Shown here: positions 61,901-64,000 of the stretch, one piece after another | Layout of the letters: each line of letters opens with the position of its first letter | Position numbering within the stretch: position 1 is the stretch's first letter | Assembly (NCBI GenBank): GCA_002633005.1 | Contig: NMRA01000110.1 | Location: forward strand, 622,448-686,447 | Origin: Phoronis australis | Lineage: Eukaryota > Animalia > Phoronida | Length of the DNA: 64,000 nucleotides | Reading direction: 5' to 3' | The notes under the pieces: model-generated | Database searches by the model: none | What the model saw: the letters and a program-made list of their open reading frames with translations, nothing else | What the model was told of the DNA's origin: nothing | Translations under genes and position numbers: made by a program

Positions 61901-63052
61901 CTCCACTGGCTCCAGTCACTGTACTGGCCACAGGTTGCAAGGCTTCTTGCTTCAAAAATGCACTTTTCGGGGGTGGCGACGGGGCACTGCCGGGAATCAA
62001 CACAGACGGAATGACATCCTTCTTCAGGCGTTGTTTTGCAGGGACCTTCATCAGTTCAGCGTACAAATCCCTTTCGTAATCGGACGGCAGAAAGTGTTTG
62101 ACACACACAGAGTAATTCTCGACTGCTTTGTACGTTGCGTGGACGGGTAACGCTGCGTTCTTCACACGAACGTGCCAAGTACAACGAAGTGTGTCGTCCA
62201 TTGGAAAGCGATGCAAAGTTACTCCCAAAGCGCCCGCGAGACGATAATTAGTACATCCCGGTATGTAGCAACAGTGTGGCATGTTGACGTACTAGTAAAT
62301 GAAAGGAAACGACGACGGAACTTAACACAACCGAGGTAGAACAATGACTGACTCAGCAGCTCTCACAGTCAGACTATATGAAAAGAAATTGGCGCGAAAT
62401 GCTTGCCTCCTAAAACGTCACTTCCCGAGTAGCGGACGAGTAATTAACAAAATTACGAAAAGCTGTAATTAAGTGGAAACTATGTCTAGGATAACCAACC
62501 AACCTTATTTTAGCTCAAAATGACATGATAAAAGGTTGCCTTCACCTTTAAAGAGTGATTTCCCAAAGTTTCAGTAGACCCAAAAGTGATTACAAGGTAA
62601 CCAAAGCTCAATAATGTTCAAATATTCCTCAGAGATTGTGAGAGACCCTTGTGATGCATGCTTAAAAACATCCCGGTTTCATAAGATAGGCTAACTATTA
62701 CCGTGTTACACACAGCTGTTACAAAATAACTACTTTTCTTATTAGCATGCTCAATGCAATACATGTGAAGTGGCCATTTTAAGGTATGTTTAATTTCATC
62801 AGTTTTTAACCCAGGAACGTGACCAGTAGCTAAAGCTGTTAGTTATGATATGCCCCATAAACCATCAAGTTTCAGCCTTCCACGGCCGTTCAACATTCAG
62901 ATCATTCCACTCTATCCGTACCAAATTATCGTAATGTCCCGGCCACATCTGCTTCGTACTGGATCTCTGCGCGATCCAGACCTTTGTCTCTCCCTTGGAG
63001 TCTACCACATAGCCATTGATGTGGACACCGAACTGCTTGACACCGAGTAGGC
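55997..63052 (-). CDS. Nudix hydrolase (YJR142W / AtNUDT20-24-like, DUF4743-associated), 3' portion; exons 63052-62922, 60661-60543, 59972-59840, 59301-59205, 56046-55997; 5' exons lie outside the window
   Basis: Spliced: LLGVKQFGVHINGYVVDSKGETKVWIAQRSSTKQMWPGHYDNL|VAGGLTSGMKVARCAIKECAEEASIPESLASKMKAAGCIS|YFFENELGLFPECEFVMDLELPSDFIPVNDDGEVQGFTLMTIEE|VSDFLLRDDFKPNSALIMLDFLIRHGYIGPDS|EPVYSQLCSLMHVILP*. GT-AG sites and phases are consistent. Nudix-like box KECxEEA and family motifs GVHINGY, FKPN..LDFLIRHG are present. Confidence 0.9.
56392..57003. mobile_element. Foldback element / long-TIR MITE in the last Nudix intron
   Basis: ~120-bp outer inverted arms (aacatgttattatttcaaatg...aagtttaggg / ccctaaactt...catttgaaataataacatgtt) plus ~115-bp inner inverted arms built of cccaaa.cattttggg subrepeats. 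Confidence 0.85.
58722..58848. repeat. 24-bp minisatellite, ~5 units
   Basis: Unit ttgttgacccctgttagttggtta. Confidence 0.9.
60110..60315. repeat. ~50-54-bp tandem repeat, ~4 units
   Basis: atgaacaccag(a/g)tggcagtatgtaccca...atgtatatgta variants. Confidence 0.85.
61188..61583 (+). CDS. KolX / P2X7 C-terminal ballast-like Cys-rich protein, truncated near 61495
   Basis: MAGLGNPYHSDS...GYMFEPEY...DTSWCKCTVCVVMPTSMEYLCCSE matches the YxFEP...WCxCxxCxxMPTxxExxCCxE signature. The C-terminal tail is read-through into the antisense of the transposase. Confidence 0.8.
   Translation: MAGLGNPYHSDSNVSDGDLVHSSGDEEFFHGHLVGGYMFEPEYNEAEYAQAQTAVERNEAATDDRRGDTSWCKCTVCVVMPTSMEYLCCSEFDEAKPLLDTVKWTSGIPRTEEQLSHLPVCPATHSHRMVT
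61495..62282 (-). pseudogene. THAP-domain Kolobok transposase N-terminal half; frameshift near 61640, catalytic DDE region deleted
   Basis: MPHCCYIPGCTN...LHRFP...W...VCVKHF...RLKKDVIPSV (THAP), an acidic linker, KFIVDLSKVLELFR, then in the shifted frame CQVCG...VTIRWECVAGHTGKW..SSVRGMP. Confidence 0.85.
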
Positions 63053-63315
63053 CTGATGGAAAATATTTAAAATCTTCAATTAAAAATCAAAGAAGACCAT
63101 GAACCGTAAAACACTTTGCATCAACTTTGATGCCCATCTGTTCGTTTCATCAAGTGTTTTACTTCTGAATGATCAAAACTGTGCACAGCAGTCTTATGTA
63201 GACTAATAACTCTTCTTTGTTTTTTTTTCTTTTTCTGGTACAAGTTTGAAGATAAGCACGCTGCAATGGAGACTTTCCATGTCCAGTCCAGCCAGTTCAG
63301 GTGTACCAATGGGGN

Positions 63316-64000
63316 CACCATACCAACATCTTAGTTAAATTAAGGTCAAGGTCACAAATAAGGAAACACAACCAACAGTACTAGCATCATCTTAAAGAGT
63401 GATTTCCCAAAGTTTCAGTAGACCCAAAAGTGATTACATGGTGACCAAAGCTCAATAATGTTCAAATATTCCTCAGTGGTTGTGAAAGACCCTTGTGATG
63501 CATGGTTAAAAACATCCCGGTTTCATAAGATAGGCTTGCTATTACCGTGTTACACACAGCTGTTACAAAATAACCACCTTTCTTATTAGCATGCTCAATG
63601 CAATACATGTGAAGTGGCCATTTTAAGGTATGTTTAATTTCATCAGTTTTTAACCCAGGAACGTGACCAGTAGCTAAAGCTGTTAGTTATGATATGCCCC
63701 ATAAACCATCAAGTTCCAGCCTTCCACGGCCGTTCAACATTCAGATCTTTCCACTCTATCCGTACCAAATTATCGTAATGTCCCGGCCACATCTGCTTCG
63801 TACTGGATCTCTGCGCGATCCAGACCTTTGTCTCTCCCTTGGAGTCTACCACATAGCCATTGATGTGGACACCGAACTGCTTGACACCGAGTAGGCCTGA
63901 TGGAAAATATTTAAAATCTTCAATTAAAAATCAAAGAAGACCATGAACCGTAAAACACTTTGCATCAACTTTGATGCCCATCTGTTCGTTTCATCAAGTG
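63316..64000 (+). other. Near-identical second copy of 60776-60853 + 62552-63160, probably the other haplotype; includes a duplicate Nudix exon at 63766-63896 (-)
   Basis: Begins directly after n63315. The exon is identical, scattered intronic SNPs are present, and the transposon is absent. Confidence 0.85.

Larger units (their letters stand above)
60854..62547. mobile_element. Internally deleted Kolobok DNA transposon (1.7 kb) in a Nudix intron
   Basis: ~155-bp near-identical TIRs (AGGCGAAGGCAACCTTTT... / ...AAAAGGTTGCCTTCACCT), TTAA at 60850-60853 and 62548-62551, two convergent ORFs, and an empty site at 63392-63395. Confidence 0.93.

Noticed and set aside
63766-63896. Tandemly duplicated or mutually exclusive Nudix exon
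   Set aside because: Identical exon within a near-identical block starting at an n join. Better explained as an uncollapsed haplotype.

Overview
AT-rich, intron-containing animal (invertebrate-type) genomic DNA from a draft assembly, with one N-gap (17967-18069) and single-n joins at 4205, 9621, 26677 and 63315. Genes I can reconstruct: (1) two tandem 5-exon class I cation-dependent O-methyltransferase genes (COMTD1/CCoAOMT-like), the second with an in-frame TAA; (2) a decayed pseudogene of a GlnD/DUF294-like nucleotidyltransferase-domain family; (3) a possible small secreted-peptide gene; (4) a TRIM-NHL gene cut by an assembly join; (5) a single-exon secreted prepropeptide with 13 invariant GWDS motifs and furin/dibasic sites, which I cannot assign to a known family and rate as the main candidate novelty; (6) the 3' five exons of a YJR142W/AtNUDT20-24-like Nudix hydrolase. 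Mobile DNA includes two Kolobok-type TTAA elements carrying THAP ORFs. One also has a P2X7-ballast-like KolX ORF, and its empty allelic site is co-assembled in the window. There are also several MITE families (5-bp and 8-bp TSDs), foldback elements, SINE remnants and many minisatellites. All family assignments are by motif recognition, not database search.
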